In this document: positions 24,535 through 35,092 of the stretch, in pieces
Position numbering within the stretch: position 1 is the first letter of the stretch
How the letters are laid out: the number at the start of each line of letters is the position of its first letter
Source: a virus
Lineage: Duplodnaviria; Caudoviricetes
DNA length: 44,206 nucleotides
Direction: 5' to 3' (one strand)
Virus record (IMG/VR): IMGVR_UViG_3300010376_000017
Location: 1-44,206 of that record
Program-made: the position numbers and the translations under genes
Notes under the pieces: model-generated
Told to the model about the DNA's origin: nothing
What the model saw: only the letters and a program-made list of their open reading frames with translations
Databases searched by the model: none

Positions 24535-24722
24535 GCCCCGTTCTGGCGCCCGGTCGCGACCAGCGTGCCGAGCACACCGACGCAGGCGGAGCTGACCGCG
24601 AACGCCCCGGCGCTGGAATAGCAGCCCAGGCCGAGCACGATCCCGGCGATCAGGCCGACGACGGCGACGAGGCCGAGCAGGACGAGCAACGTGAAGACGT
24701 GCTGTTCGCTCAACCGCGGCAT
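24531..24722 (-). CDS. Two-TM membrane protein, holin candidate
   Basis: Two hydrophobic spans in 63 aa; lysis region. Confidence 0.55.
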   Translation of the reverse strand: MPRLSEQHVFTLLVLLGLVAVVGLIAGIVLGLGCYSSAGAFAVSSACVGVLGTLVATGRQNGA

Positions 24723-24907
24723 CAGCGAACGATCGTGTCCTGCTCGTCCCAGCCGCGCTCCAGCTCCTCCTCGTCGAAGCGCGACCGCTCCACGAACACG
24801 CCCAGCTTGACCGTCCGCCAGCTCGACTCGCGCCCGGCCAGCCAGTAGCCGAGCAGCGTTCCGGCCGCCAGGGCGAGCACGACCCCGGCGGCGATCCACC
24901 AGTTCAT
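24722..24907 (-). CDS. Single-TM membrane protein
   Basis: N-terminal TM, acidic tail. Confidence 0.6.
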   Translation of the reverse strand: MNWWIAAGVVLALAAGTLLGYWLAGRESSWRTVKLGVFVERSRFDEEELERGWDEQDTIVR

Positions 24908-25170
24908 CCGACGATGCAGGTCAGGATCGCGGTCTGGCCGCCCGGGTGGTTGATCACGAGCTTCCCGAACTTCGAGCCGGACGGGCAGGACTCGGCGCCG
25001 GGCGCCCCGGCCGGTCCGGTCGCGCCCTGCGGCCCGGTGGCGACGTTGATCGTCGTCGTGACCGCCGGAGCCTGCTGCCCGACTCCGAAGGCCGTCGCCG
25101 CGAGCACCCCTGAACCTGCGGCAGCAAGTAGAGCACCCGCGGCGACGATTTGCGGCAAGCGCCTACTCAT
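24904..25170 (-). CDS. Exported protein with short collagen-like repeat
   Basis: Signal/TM, GPQGATGPAGAPG, two Cys. Confidence 0.65.
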   Translation of the reverse strand: MSRRLPQIVAAGALLAAAGSGVLAATAFGVGQQAPAVTTTINVATGPQGATGPAGAPGAESCPSGSKFGKLVINHPGGQTAILTCIVG

Positions 25171-25321
25171 GGTGCTCGCCAATCTCGATTCCCTCCTTGA
25201 GCGCGTCGATCCGGCGGTCGCACTCCCGCTCCGCCTCGCGGCGGGTGCGTCGCAGCGCCCAGGCGGAGCCGAGCACGGCCCCGACCCCGGACACAAACGC
25301 CAGGATCGCCTCCCAGCTCAC
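25163..25321 (-). CDS. Single-TM plus coiled-coil protein (52 aa), holin-like
   Basis: Hand translation MSWEAILAFVSGVGAVLGSAWALRRTRREAERECDRRIDALKEG... Confidence 0.6.
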   Translation of the reverse strand: MSWEAILAFVSGVGAVLGSAWALRRTRREAERECDRRIDALKEGIEIGEHHE

Positions 25322-25489
25322 TCACCCGACCGGCCGTTCCTTCTCCAGCTTCTCCGCGACCGTCGCGCCGGGGTGTGACGGCTCCTCCAGCGGGTCGGGA
25401 CGCGGCTCCGGGCCGGTCACGTCCGGCTCGTCGTCGGCGTCGTCCTGCACGTCGACCTCCAGCCGCTCGTTCCGTTCGTCAGCGGTCAT
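25322..25489 (-). CDS. Small acidic hypothetical protein
   Basis: Starts 2 nt after endolysin stop. Confidence 0.5.
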   Translation of the reverse strand: MTADERNERLEVDVQDDADDEPDVTGPEPRPDPLEEPSHPGATVAEKLEKERPVG

Positions 25490-25490
25490 C

Positions 25491-26450
25491 TCAGAACCCT
25501 TTCGCCATCGAGAGAACCTTGTCCATAGGGAAGCCAGATCCACAGTCCCAGTGCCCTCCTCCCCACGATCCGAGGTCGTTGTGCTGGCAGACGCCGCGGC
25601 CCGATCCCTGCGCCTGCGAGGCGGTCAGCTTCGTGATCGGGATCCCGTACGCCTTCGCCTCCTCCGCGATCCAGCGGGCCGTGTTCTCCAGCATGTTCGG
25701 GTGCTTGTCCCACTCGGCGGCCGACCACTTCGCGAACGCGCACAGCTCGATCTGCACGGCGACCGGGTTCGCGTTCATCGCCGTCCACGCCTTGTTGCCG
25801 CGCTTGACGTACTCACCGATCACGCCCTTCTTGTCGTCGGCGCCGGTGTGCGAGCTGACCCCGGCGGACGTCGACGCGAAGTAGTTGCCGAGCGACTCGA
25901 TCGTGGTCGCGCCCTCGGCAGTGTGGAGCACGATCAGCCGCACCGAGGCGCCGCCGCGCGAGGAGTAGTTCGGGGAGGCGATCCACTTACGGGTCAGCGG
26001 CGGCGTCTTGCCGCCGGACGGTTGGCCGCCCTGGAACTGGTCGAAGGCCTCGTTGATCATGTCGATCGCGGTCTTGTCCATCGCCTGCTGGCCGCCGTTC
26101 TGCAACTCCTTCGGGACGAGCGCGTAGCGGAGCGCGTCGAAGGTCGACTTGCCCAGCCAGCCGGAGGCGCTGATCTTCTGCTGGTACTGGAAGCCCGCGA
26201 CGCCGGAGTTGGACACGCCGCCGCTCGACTTGCCGTGCGCGAAGTCCGTCCAGTAGCCGTCGTCGAAGGCCTGCCACGGCCAGCGGCCGAGCCGGGAGAC
26301 GGTGCGCTTGTAGGCGACCACGTCCGGCCCCTTGCTCGACGGCATGTAGCCGGAGCCGGGCGGGACGTCGGGCGGGTAGAGCGGCCGCGGAAAACCCTTG
26401 ACCTTCGCCGGGCCGCCGCCGTGGTAGGGGATCGTCCACCAGTCAGCCAT
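25491..26450 (-). CDS. Endolysin: N-terminal PG-binding-like region plus N-acetylmuramoyl-L-alanine amidase
   Basis: SPNYSSR, IVLHTAEG, VSSH, IELC, QH.DL, HWDCG..FP. Confidence 0.9.
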   Translation of the reverse strand: MADWWTIPYHGGGPAKVKGFPRPLYPPDVPPGSGYMPSSKGPDVVAYKRTVSRLGRWPWQAFDDGYWTDFAHGKSSGGVSNSGVAGFQYQQKISASGWLGKSTFDALRYALVPKELQNGGQQAMDKTAIDMINEAFDQFQGGQPSGGKTPPLTRKWIASPNYSSRGGASVRLIVLHTAEGATTIESLGNYFASTSAGVSSHTGADDKKGVIGEYVKRGNKAWTAMNANPVAVQIELCAFAKWSAAEWDKHPNMLENTARWIAEEAKAYGIPITKLTASQAQGSGRGVCQHNDLGSWGGGHWDCGSGFPMDKVLSMAKGF

Positions 26451-26727
26451 CAGTCGCCTCCTCGATCCAGATTGAGACTTCGCGGTAGCCGGGCACCCCG
26501 GCGATCTCCCAGCGCAACACCCCGTAGTTCAACACCTGCTCGCCGTCGCGTTCTAGCACCAGTCGAACCGGGCCGTGCTGCTGGACGTGCCGGTGCAGGA
26601 AGTCGCGCACGATCGAGTCCAGCTCCGTCTGCGGCGCGTCGTCGACGGCCAGCTCGATCAGCTCGCGCTCCGGCGTCCAGATCCGGCGGATCTTCTCGAC
26701 GTGCTCGTTGCCGCCGTTCTTGCTCAC
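26443..26727 (-). CDS. Hypothetical protein
   Basis: Coupled ORF in late operon. Confidence 0.6.
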   Translation of the reverse strand: MSKNGGNEHVEKIRRIWTPERELIELAVDDAPQTELDSIVRDFLHRHVQQHGPVRLVLERDGEQVLNYGVLRWEIAGVPGYREVSIWIEEATDG

Positions 26728-27647
26728 AGCGCCCGGATCATCTTGTTCGCGATCAGCGTCGGCCCCATGTTCGCGTGGGCGCCGCCGCCACCGACAGTGG
26801 CCGAGTTGACGTTGAAGTTGTGGGCGTGCGCGCCGTCCGCCGAGATCGCGTGCTGGTGGTTCGAGACGTTGTGCGAGTGCGAGCCGTCACCCGCGATCGC
26901 GTGCGTGTGGTCCTGCGTCTCCGCGTCGGTCGTCACGGAGTAGTTGACCGCCCCGGCGGTGTTGACCCGGACGGCGATCTGGCCCTTCCAGATTGCGCCG
27001 CTCGCGTAGCCGCCGTTCGCGTCGTTCTGGACGGTCGACTGCGGGTAGGTGTGGTTGTGCGCCGCCGAGCGACCGCCGGTCGCGCCGCCGTGCGAGTGGT
27101 AGCCCTGCGCGTCCGTGGTCGCGGTGTTGCCGCCGGTGACCCCGGTGTGCGAGTGCGACCCCTGCGAGTCGGTCGCGCCGGAGACGCCGTGGTTGTGGGC
27201 GGGCATCTGGGCCGAGGTCAGCGTGACACCCTCGGAGCCGAGCACGGCGCCGAGCACCGTCCCCGCGACCCCCGAGATCGCGGCCGTGACCCTCCCGGCG
27301 GCCGTGCCGCCCATGTCGTCCTTGCCGACGAGCTGGCGGCCGCGCAGGTCGGGCAGCGCGAAGGTGGTCGAGCCGTCCCCGACCCCGTGCGGGTACCCGG
27401 CCGCGCTCGCGAGCGTGTTCAGGGCCGCGTAGCTCGTGCGCGAGATCGCCTGCCCGTAACAGAGCAGCGCCCAGGACGGGATCCCGCCGGAGGCGTACGC
27501 CCAGTCGACGATCGCCCCGACCGGCACGATCGCCTGCGCCTGGAGCACCGCCTCGATCCGGTTGCAGAGCGCCAGGAAGTTGCCGTGGCCGTCCGCCGGG
27601 TCGGTCGTCTCCGGGTACGGGAGCGCGTAGATCGGCGTCTGTCCCAT
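26724..27647 (-). CDS. Tail collar-domain fibre protein
   Basis: PVGAIV...P.W.LC.GQ.ISRT.Y..L, GDGSTTF.LPDLRGR, repeated HxH motifs. Confidence 0.88.
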   Translation of the reverse strand: MGQTPIYALPYPETTDPADGHGNFLALCNRIEAVLQAQAIVPVGAIVDWAYASGGIPSWALLCYGQAISRTSYAALNTLASAAGYPHGVGDGSTTFALPDLRGRQLVGKDDMGGTAAGRVTAAISGVAGTVLGAVLGSEGVTLTSAQMPAHNHGVSGATDSQGSHSHTGVTGGNTATTDAQGYHSHGGATGGRSAAHNHTYPQSTVQNDANGGYASGAIWKGQIAVRVNTAGAVNYSVTTDAETQDHTHAIAGDGSHSHNVSNHQHAISADGAHAHNFNVNSATVGGGGAHANMGPTLIANKMIRAL

Positions 27648-27659
27648 CGTCCTCTCCTC

Positions 27660-28328
27660 TCAGGTCGCGACGAGCACGTCGCCCCAGGTGGCGTAACGGG
27701 TGTTCACGGCCGCCCAGCTCGCGTTGCTGTCGTGGACGGTCTGCCAGTCCTGGCCGACCTCGGTCAGGTAGTTGAGCAGGATCCCGCCCGGTTTCTGGGC
27801 GAGGATCGCGTTCTTGGTCGCAGTCTGGTCGGGCGTCTGCCCCTGGTAGGTGACGACGGTCAGGCAGTAGGCCGACTCGGGCGAGTTCGGGTAGCCCATG
27901 TTGGCGCCGTCGCGCTCGCGCAGCACCACCGTCTGCGAGCCGGTCAGCGTCGCCTTCGCCGCTCCGACCATCGCCGCCGGGCTGCCGCGCCGGAAGCCGT
28001 CCGTGGCCGCGATCCTGGCCCGCTGCTCGTCCGGCGTCGAGCCGGGCAGCAGGCGCACGCCGACGAGCTGCGCCAGCCAGGGCAGCGCCTCGTCCGGGCA
28101 GCGGTTGATGTCCAGCAGCAGCGACCAGCCCGGCCCCTGCGGCTGGTCGCGCACCCAGTCCTCGATGAGCTGGTACATCGCGCCGAGCGCGTTGAGGAGG
28201 ATCAGCAGCGACCAGCCGAGATCGGGGTCGGACTGGGCGAGCGGCGCCAGCATCACGTACAGCCGCTCCGCGAACGTGTCGGGGGCGAGCGCGTCGGGCG
28301 GCTGCGGCAGCTCGTCGATCACGCTCAC
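27660..28328 (-). CDS. Baseplate wedge protein (P2 gpI-like)
   Basis: CPDEALPWLAQLVGV...RRGS; follows gpJ-like gene. Confidence 0.8.
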   Translation of the reverse strand: MSVIDELPQPPDALAPDTFAERLYVMLAPLAQSDPDLGWSLLILLNALGAMYQLIEDWVRDQPQGPGWSLLLDINRCPDEALPWLAQLVGVRLLPGSTPDEQRARIAATDGFRRGSPAAMVGAAKATLTGSQTVVLRERDGANMGYPNSPESAYCLTVVTYQGQTPDQTATKNAILAQKPGGILLNYLTEVGQDWQTVHDSNASWAAVNTRYATWGDVLVAT

Positions 28329-29503
28329 GTGGCGACCTCCACGGTGCCGGAGATCGAGCCAGGCTGCGGCATCGGCGCGACGCCGGTCAGGGTGACGTCG
28401 GTGGTCGCGAAGGTGCCGCCGGAGACGCGGAGCTGGAGCGTCTTCACGTACCAGACACCGTCGACGCGGTTGACGACCTCGGTCAGCTCCAGGTAGCGGA
28501 CATGGGTGTCGTTGACCCAGGAGCGGGCCGACGTGTCCCCGAACGGTGGCACGCCCCAGTTGGCCGGGGACAGGTAATCGGCCAGCGCCTGGCTGACGGC
28601 CGCCTGGACGTCGGCGGACTGGTATCCGGCGTAGGCCATCGCGTCGTAGGTGACGTCGATCACCGTGTAGGTCGGATCGACGACGAAGACGAGGAAGTTC
28701 ACCTCGCGCTCCGACTGGAGCAGATCGTCGACCTGCTGCTTGATCGCGGCCGAACAGGGCTGGCCGTTCACGTCGCAGATCGCGACCGTCACGCAGCGGG
28801 GGCAGTTGGCGTTGATCGGCGGCCCCGGGTTGTAGAGGTCGATCGCGGTCGCGCGCGCGACACCGTCGACGGAGCGCTGCGCGAGCACCGCGAAGTCCTG
28901 GGGCAGGATCGGCCGCGGCGAGAGCAGCGTCATCAGGTCGGAGAGCCGGTCGAGGTAGGCGTCCATCGTCTCGGCGTCGACGCCGCCCGAGGTGGGCGCG
29001 TCCAGCGTGACGGTCGAGATGAACACGAGCTGGTCGAGTACCTGGACGGGACCGGTGATCCCGGAGCTGGCCGCGCCAGGCTCGATCGCCTGCACCTGGA
29101 CCCCACTGACCGTCGTCTGCCCGGAGGGGATCTGGAACGTGGCGACGACCTGGAAGGTGTAGGCGTCGGTCAGGGCCGGGGGTGAGATCGCGATCAGCGT
29201 CCCCGCGTCGACCGTGTAGCCCTTGTTGTCGACGGCCGTCCAGGTCGTCGTGCCGGTCGCGGCGACCGCCTGGTGCTGGGGCAGACCCATGATCGAGCCG
29301 CCGAAGTAGGCGAAGATCGAGTCGGGCACGAGCGCGATCAGCGCTCGCTCCTCCCCGGCGATCTGGGCGAGCGACTCGATCAGCCAGCTCTCCAGGTTCC
29401 CCTCGGCCGGGAGCCAGCCCGGCACCTTGTCTTCGAGGTACTGGAACGCCTCCCCGGCCAGATCGACCGGCTCGGCCTCAACGGGAACGTCGATGTAGGC
29501 CAT
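28325..29503 (-). CDS. Baseplate J-like protein
   Basis: A..PG..., GGVDAET.DAY..R, DF.......GVARA. Confidence 0.88.
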   Translation of the reverse strand: MAYIDVPVEAEPVDLAGEAFQYLEDKVPGWLPAEGNLESWLIESLAQIAGEERALIALVPDSIFAYFGGSIMGLPQHQAVAATGTTTWTAVDNKGYTVDAGTLIAISPPALTDAYTFQVVATFQIPSGQTTVSGVQVQAIEPGAASSGITGPVQVLDQLVFISTVTLDAPTSGGVDAETMDAYLDRLSDLMTLLSPRPILPQDFAVLAQRSVDGVARATAIDLYNPGPPINANCPRCVTVAICDVNGQPCSAAIKQQVDDLLQSEREVNFLVFVVDPTYTVIDVTYDAMAYAGYQSADVQAAVSQALADYLSPANWGVPPFGDTSARSWVNDTHVRYLELTEVVNRVDGVWYVKTLQLRVSGGTFATTDVTLTGVAPMPQPGSISGTVEVAT

Positions 29504-29823
29504 CAGTCCTCCGATCGGACGCGGACGGTCACCTGGACGTGCCTGACCAGCTCGTCGAACTTGTCGGGCTGGTCGTTGATCAGATTCGACGCCCGCGGCT
29601 CCCAGGTGTCAAGCGTCTCCGCGATCACGTCGACGTCGAGCGGCGCGACGCTGAACGTCGGGTCGGGCAGCCCGAACTCCGGCAGCTCCACCCGGTAGCC
29701 CTTCGGGCAGCTCAGGATCACGGTGGCACAGGCGACCACGTCCTCGATCGTGTCCTGCTCGACGACGGCCGCCTGCGGGGTGGCGAACTGGAACGGGAAC
29801 GCGAAGTGCGGGACGTCGGTCAC
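29503..29823 (-). CDS. gp25/gpW-like baseplate protein
   Basis: HFAFPF, G.R...PEFG, WEPR. Confidence 0.85.
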   Translation of the reverse strand: MTDVPHFAFPFQFATPQAAVVEQDTIEDVVACATVILSCPKGYRVELPEFGLPDPTFSVAPLDVDVIAETLDTWEPRASNLINDQPDKFDELVRHVQVTVRVRSED

Positions 29824-30023
29824 TCGACCGGCCCGGTCGGCGCGTCAGGTGGGATCGGCGGCACGCCCGAACTCGCGTTCAGGATCGGCTGGATGATCGT
29901 CACGAAGCAGCGGTCGACCGTCTCGTCGCCGCCGCACGCCTTGAGCACCCCGTCGGAGACCTCCTGCGGCGTCTCGGTGAAGTTGTCGTGGTCTTCGAGC
30001 TGCACCTGGCAAGTGATCTGCAT
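29820..30023 (-). CDS. Hypothetical protein
   Basis: GGGGAG RBS; coupled. Confidence 0.55.
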   Translation of the reverse strand: MQITCQVQLEDHDNFTETPQEVSDGVLKACGGDETVDRCFVTIIQPILNASSGVPPIPPDAPTGPVE

Positions 30024-30034
30024 GGCTCCCCTCT

Positions 30035-31465
30035 CTACGAGACGCGGCGCGGGATGACCGTCAACGCCCGGTCGGTGATGTTGTAGTCCCAGGTCGTCGG
30101 GGCGGTGTAGAACTGGATCGGCAGGTTCGCGCCGACCGTGATCGGCAGCGGCTGAAACCAGCCGACGTCAATGTTGAAGCCGGTCTGCTGGCGGTGGAAG
30201 TTCGGCGTGAACATGCTGCCGCCGTTGCCGAGGTACACGTCGAGGTAGGCGCTCGCGTTCCCGGCCTGGTTCGCGGTCAGCCAGTACGTGCAGGTGTAGA
30301 TCCCGGCGCGCAACGGCCCTGGTGACGGGTTCGTCTTCCAGTAGACGCCGCCCGAGGTCGGCTCGTTCGCGGTCGTGTAGCCACTGTACGGCGCACCTCC
30401 GACGAACTCCCACTTGTACGAGGTGCCGGTGTGTCCGGCGTTGTAGCGGAACTTCCACGCCCAGGCCGCGTTCGTGAGCGAGTCGACGAGCACGAACTCC
30501 TGGCCGTCGAACGGGTTTGCGGGCAGGCTCGTCCCGATCGGCACCGGGTCTCGTTGCACCCACGTACTCCACCCGCTGCCGGTGTTCGACCGCTCCCAGC
30601 GAACGTCGCTGTTGTAGACCCACGCGATCTGCCGTGTCTGATGGTTCCCCTCGGTGAGCGAGACGACGAGCATGTAGCCGTAGGTGCTCGCAACAGGCGT
30701 GTTCACCGACGACGGCTGCCAGCGGACGAAGCCCGGCGAGTAGCACGTGTTCAGGTCGGCGGTGAGCGGCGACGCGTCGGCGGTCTTGAGCCGGTCGGGG
30801 AGCTGCGGGTCACCGAGCAGCGGAATGTCGGCGGCGGCGATCGCAGACCAGACCGCAGCGCCGCCCGAGCCTTTGATCCACTGGCCGTTGACGACCGGGG
30901 TCGGCACGCCGAAACCGGCCGGACCCTGAGCGCCGCCGAGGAGCACACCCGCGAGCGACGAGTAGCCACCGGCGTACGAGAACGCGGTCACGTCGGAGAA
31001 GAACTGCGCCTCGACGTAGTCGCCCGGGTTCATGTACCAGAGGGCGGTCGCCTGGACGCGGACGTCGTAGCTGGTCGACATGGCGGTGCCGTAGCCGGTG
31101 AACGCGCCCTGCCCGATCCCGAGGATCTCCGGCCCGGCGGCGGCGCCGTTGCGGATGATCCGGCCGACGCGCTGGTATCCGACGGCGCCAGCGATGTAGG
31201 CGGTGAGCACGAACTCGTACCAGCCCGCCGTCCTGATGGTCAGCCGTGACGGGTTCGTTGCCGGGTCGTGCATGTTGTCGGTGTCGAACGACTCTGAGTC
31301 CCAGCTCATCGTCGTCCAGGCGTTCGCGGTGAAGTTCTGCTGGACGCTGGAGTAGACGCGGCAGCCCGGGGTTGGCGGCGGCGTGCCACCGAGCAGGTTC
31401 CAGATCGGCAGCCAGTCCGTCGATGCCGGGAGCGGGCTGGCGAGTTGCTCCGGTGCCGACATCAT
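30035..31465 (-). CDS. Tail fibre/receptor-binding protein (multi-domain)
   Basis: Beta-sandwich ([19 protein letters not shown]), knob-like DLN...G....GWSTW, shared LPANP.DGQ module. Confidence 0.75.
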   Translation of the reverse strand: MMSAPEQLASPLPASTDWLPIWNLLGGTPPPTPGCRVYSSVQQNFTANAWTTMSWDSESFDTDNMHDPATNPSRLTIRTAGWYEFVLTAYIAGAVGYQRVGRIIRNGAAAGPEILGIGQGAFTGYGTAMSTSYDVRVQATALWYMNPGDYVEAQFFSDVTAFSYAGGYSSLAGVLLGGAQGPAGFGVPTPVVNGQWIKGSGGAAVWSAIAAADIPLLGDPQLPDRLKTADASPLTADLNTCYSPGFVRWQPSSVNTPVASTYGYMLVVSLTEGNHQTRQIAWVYNSDVRWERSNTGSGWSTWVQRDPVPIGTSLPANPFDGQEFVLVDSLTNAAWAWKFRYNAGHTGTSYKWEFVGGAPYSGYTTANEPTSGGVYWKTNPSPGPLRAGIYTCTYWLTANQAGNASAYLDVYLGNGGSMFTPNFHRQQTGFNIDVGWFQPLPITVGANLPIQFYTAPTTWDYNITDRALTVIPRRVS

Positions 31466-33123
31466 GCCACCCTCACCGGCCTGATCTCGATCCAGCGGCG
31501 CATGATCGTCCAGCCCGGCGAGTTCGTGATCGCGACCACCTGCATCGTCGTCCCGGCCGCCTGGGCAAGGAACCGCGTCGTGCGGCTCCCGGTGGTGTAC
31601 CAGGGCGTCGCGCCCATCTGGAACGTGAGGCTGTCATCACTGAGCGTCGGGTTCGCGGCGCCGTTGAGGCCGATGTTCATCTCCCAGTAGCCCGCCTGTG
31701 ATCCCGAGTCGGCACGCGCGCCGAACGCGACGTCGTAATCACCGGCGCGCGGCAGCGCGACCGCGGCCGGGTTATACAAGGCCCATCCGGTCGCCATCGT
31801 CACGCTCGCGTCGTTCCGCTGCCGCCACGGCGTGCCGCCGGTGAACTCCCACTTGTACGCCGAGGCCGACTGCGCGTTGTAGCGGAACTGCCACGTGTAG
31901 GACGGGTTCGCGACGTTGTCGACCAGGGTCGCCATCTGCCCGTCGACCGGGTTCGCAGGCAAGGTCGTGCCGTAGCTCGGCGGCACGAAGCCGCCCGGCC
32001 AGGGTGTCGGCGCGGCGCTCGTCGGCCGGACAGCCAGGTAGGCGATGCCCTGGTAGACGACGACGTCGCCCTCGACGAAGTTCCCGGCGGCGTAGTCACC
32101 GAGGTAGTGCAGGTTGTCGAGCGTCGACCACTGCGCGTCCCCGTCGGCGGCGGTCTTCTTCGTCAGCGACTGCCCGATCGCACCCCCGGGCGGTAGCGCG
32201 ACCGGCGCCGCAGCCCAGGCGGTCGCGAAGTCGGCAGCGCCGGTCTTGGTCAGGATCGTGCCGACCGCGCCTCCAGCCGGGACGCCCGGGCCTGCCGGAC
32301 CCTGGGCGCCGGTCGAGCCGGGCGGCCCCTGCGGCCCGGTGGAGCCGGTCGCGCCCGGGTTGCCTTGCGGCCCTTGCGCGCCGGTCGCGCCCGTGTCGCC
32401 CTTCGGTCCCTGCGCGCCCGTCTGGCCGGTCGGGCCGGGCGGCCCTTGCGGGCCGGGCGGCCCCTGCTTGCCGGTGCCGACCATTCCAACCAGGACGCGC
32501 GCGTTGTTCTGCAAGCCGGGACCGGTGCCGCTGGACTTGAACGCGACCGGGATCTCGACCCAGGTCGTGTGGTCGATCGCGTCGGCGGTGACGTCGTAGG
32601 TGGCGTGCGCCGTCGAGTCGGTCTTGTCTTGCACGTACACCTGCCAGCCGGTCGTCAGCAGCTTCAAGGCGACCGAGAAGTCGGTGCCGGAAACGTCGTG
32701 GTTGTCGATGTAGAGACGGGTGACGGACGCGGCGACGGCGTTGTTGCCCATCACGCGCGACCCGGCGGGCGGCGGCGTCGTCGCGGTCGAGAACTGGTAC
32801 TCCAGCAGCGTCGTCGAGCCGCCGGGCGGACCTTGCGGGCCGGGCGGGCCGGGCGGGCCGACCGTCCCGGAGACGGGACTCTCGACGAGCACCCAGGGCG
32901 TCTCCTGCTCGTCGAACACGACCAGGCAGTCCTCGCCCGCGGCTGGCAGCGCCGAGGCGGGCACCCAGGGGCACGGCCCCCACTGCTGCCGGGCACCGTC
33001 GAACGACTGCACGGTCACGAACAGCTCATCGTCGGTGGTGGCGACCGTGTTCGCGATCAGGCCGCGCACAGCGGCCTGCGGGCCAGGCGTGCGCTCGACC
33101 AGCTCCTGGACGAGCGTGTTCAC
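31462..33123 (-). CDS. Baseplate spike-like N-terminus fused to collagen-repeat fibre
   Basis: P..G..CLVVF...PWV OB-like motif, Gly-X-Y tracts, GG..GQ.L.K....D..W repeats. Confidence 0.7.
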   Translation of the reverse strand: MNTLVQELVERTPGPQAAVRGLIANTVATTDDELFVTVQSFDGARQQWGPCPWVPASALPAAGEDCLVVFDEQETPWVLVESPVSGTVGPPGPPGPQGPPGGSTTLLEYQFSTATTPPPAGSRVMGNNAVAASVTRLYIDNHDVSGTDFSVALKLLTTGWQVYVQDKTDSTAHATYDVTADAIDHTTWVEIPVAFKSSGTGPGLQNNARVLVGMVGTGKQGPPGPQGPPGPTGQTGAQGPKGDTGATGAQGPQGNPGATGSTGPQGPPGSTGAQGPAGPGVPAGGAVGTILTKTGAADFATAWAAAPVALPPGGAIGQSLTKKTAADGDAQWSTLDNLHYLGDYAAGNFVEGDVVVYQGIAYLAVRPTSAAPTPWPGGFVPPSYGTTLPANPVDGQMATLVDNVANPSYTWQFRYNAQSASAYKWEFTGGTPWRQRNDASVTMATGWALYNPAAVALPRAGDYDVAFGARADSGSQAGYWEMNIGLNGAANPTLSDDSLTFQMGATPWYTTGSRTTRFLAQAAGTTMQVVAITNSPGWTIMRRWIEIRPVRVA

Positions 33124-33212
33124 GGGTGACTCACCGCCAGCAGCACGCAGACGAGCACGATCGCGCCGCCGATGCAGGCCCAGGCCAGGTAAACGAGCAG
33201 CCGCTCCGTCAC
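33120..33212 (-). CDS. 30-aa single-TM peptide
   Basis: [30 protein letters not shown]; GTGA overlaps at both ends. Confidence 0.55.
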   Translation of the reverse strand: MTERLLVYLAWACIGGAIVLVCVLLAVSHP

Positions 33213-35092
33213 AACCCAGGCCAGTGTCGAGGGGTGAAGCCGTCGGTCGGATGCATCCGCGGGTTCCAGCCGGGGCCGCCCCAGCCCTTGCCCCAGTCGC
33301 CGGTGCCGAAGTGCCTGCCGTCGATCTCCATCCAGACGTGGATCTTGCTCGCCCAGACGGTGATGTGCTGGCCCTTGCCGGGAGCGCCCCACCCGGCAGC
33401 GATCTGGCCGGAGGTGGCGGTCGTGCCGCCGAACTTGAAGCCGAGGTTCGCGGCCGAGAGGATCGCGCAGGTCGAGCCGGAGCAGTCGTAGCCGACCGGC
33501 GGCCCGCCGGTCGGGACGCCCGGGCCTTTCGGGTGCCCGCCGCCCCAGACGTAGGGGAAGCGTTTCGCGGTCATCTCGCGGCAGGCCTTCTTGATCACGT
33601 CGAGCCGCTGGTCGCCGCTCGATCCGGCCGTGCCCAGCGTCTCGCTCGCCTTGCTGGTGAGCTGGATCGACTGCTGGGTCACCTGGAAGGTCGGCGCCGG
33701 TTCGGCCAGCGGGTTGCCGGGCCGCTGCAAGGTGATCGTCGTCTGGGCGTCGAACAGGCCACGCCGGATCTCCTCGACCAGCCAGCGGCCGTCGGCCGGG
33801 CCGCACTCCTCCAGCACGATCACCGAGCCGGGTGCCGCGTACCAGCGGGCCGCCCTGGCCGTGATCGTCGCCTGGTCGACCTGCTTGCCGCTGTCGACGT
33901 CGAAGTCGATCGTCTCGATCCCCTCGACCAGCTCGCTCAGATGGCCGGACGGCTTGGCTGTCATCAGGTCGTTGTCGGAGACGAACCAGACGGCACCGGC
34001 GACGACGAAGCAGCGCCAGTTGACCTCCGAGGCGAGCCGTTGCAGGCAGGCCCAGGAGTCCTCCTTGACGCCGTTCGGGCCGCCGCGCCGGAACTGGAAC
34101 GGCAGCGCCTTCGTCTTCGTGACGTCGATCGTCGTCGTCTGGGTGACGCCCTTGAACACGTCGAGCCAGTGCTGCGCCTCGGCCCGGACACCGTCGTAGC
34201 GGGTCGGGTAGGCCGATCCCTGCACGGCCTGGGCGACCCGCCCGGCCGACCACTGCGGGTTCTGGAGCGCGAGCTGGTTGGCGCCGCCGCGGCCGGTGAA
34301 GCCGCGCTGGAGGAAGGCGAAGCAGCAGGCCTCCGGGTCGCGCGGGTTCAGGTGCAGCCCCTTCGCGGTCGAGGCGAGAAGCTGGAGGATCCCGCTGGAG
34401 GTCGCGTCGCCGCCGGACGGGTTCGAGAGCAGGCTCTCGATGATGCAGGCCTCCATCAGCGCCAGCCGCGCCTTGTCGGGCGCCCCAGCACTGTCCGCGA
34501 CCGTCAGCACCCGCTCGCCCATCTTCTTCTGGGCAGTCGTCGCCTTCGCGCCCTTGACGGTCAGCGGCGCGTCGATCGGGATCCCCTTCGCGGCGCTGGT
34601 CTTCTTGCGGACGATGCCCGGCTGCTGCTTCGACTTCGTGATCGGCTGGACGACGTTCAGCGAGGGGCAGACGAAGGGGATCGTCCGCCCGGCCTCGCGC
34701 ACGAGCGAGAGCGCGAACTGGGCGCGCGTCACCTGGCCGCGGGCCGCCTTGCGCGGCTTGCGGAACTGGCGGAGCAGGCTGACGACGTCGTCCTCGAAGG
34801 TCAGGGTCAGCGTCTCGGCCGTCTTCGAGACCTTGACCAGCCGCCAGCTCACGCCGTCGAGCACGACCCGGGTCGGGGTCTTGGTCGGGTTGAAGACACC
34901 CATCTGGAGCAGCTCCCGTTGCGGGTCGTTCAGGGTCAGGGTCAGGGTGGAGGCGCCGAGGATCGTGCGGTCGAGTTCGCCGTCGACGATCACCCCGTCG
35001 ATCCGGGTGTCCAGGTCGCGGATCTTCTTGCCCTGGACGTCGAGGACGATCTTCGCGACGCTGATGTCGGCTTCGGAGGGGAGCGCGCTCAC
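33209..35092 (-). CDS. Baseplate hub with lysozyme-like and NlpC/P60 peptidoglycan-hydrolase domains
   Basis: IIES.L...[14 protein letters not shown]; [17 protein letters not shown]. Confidence 0.8.
   Translation of the reverse strand: MSALPSEADISVAKIVLDVQGKKIRDLDTRIDGVIVDGELDRTILGASTLTLTLNDPQRELLQMGVFNPTKTPTRVVLDGVSWRLVKVSKTAETLTLTFEDDVVSLLRQFRKPRKAARGQVTRAQFALSLVREAGRTIPFVCPSLNVVQPITKSKQQPGIVRKKTSAAKGIPIDAPLTVKGAKATTAQKKMGERVLTVADSAGAPDKARLALMEACIIESLLSNPSGGDATSSGILQLLASTAKGLHLNPRDPEACCFAFLQRGFTGRGGANQLALQNPQWSAGRVAQAVQGSAYPTRYDGVRAEAQHWLDVFKGVTQTTTIDVTKTKALPFQFRRGGPNGVKEDSWACLQRLASEVNWRCFVVAGAVWFVSDNDLMTAKPSGHLSELVEGIETIDFDVDSGKQVDQATITARAARWYAAPGSVIVLEECGPADGRWLVEEIRRGLFDAQTTITLQRPGNPLAEPAPTFQVTQQSIQLTSKASETLGTAGSSGDQRLDVIKKACREMTAKRFPYVWGGGHPKGPGVPTGGPPVGYDCSGSTCAILSAANLGFKFGGTTATSGQIAAGWGAPGKGQHITVWASKIHVWMEIDGRHFGTGDWGKGWGGPGWNPRMHPTDGFTPRHWPGL

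Noticed and set aside
25197-28496. 1099-aa plus-strand ORF (also 32720-35419, 35813-38005, 18651-20447 and similar)
   Set aside because: Antisense shadows of well-supported minus-strand genes; long stop-free frames are common at this GC content and the translations are Arg/Gly/Pro-rich without motifs
32280-32470. Short GC-rich tandem repeats resembling an array
   Set aside because: They encode Gly-X-Y collagen tracts; there is no repeat-spacer structure
30035-33123. Diversity-generating retroelement acting on fibre genes
   Set aside because: No reverse transcriptase in the genome, and the duplicated module differs at all base types rather than at adenines only
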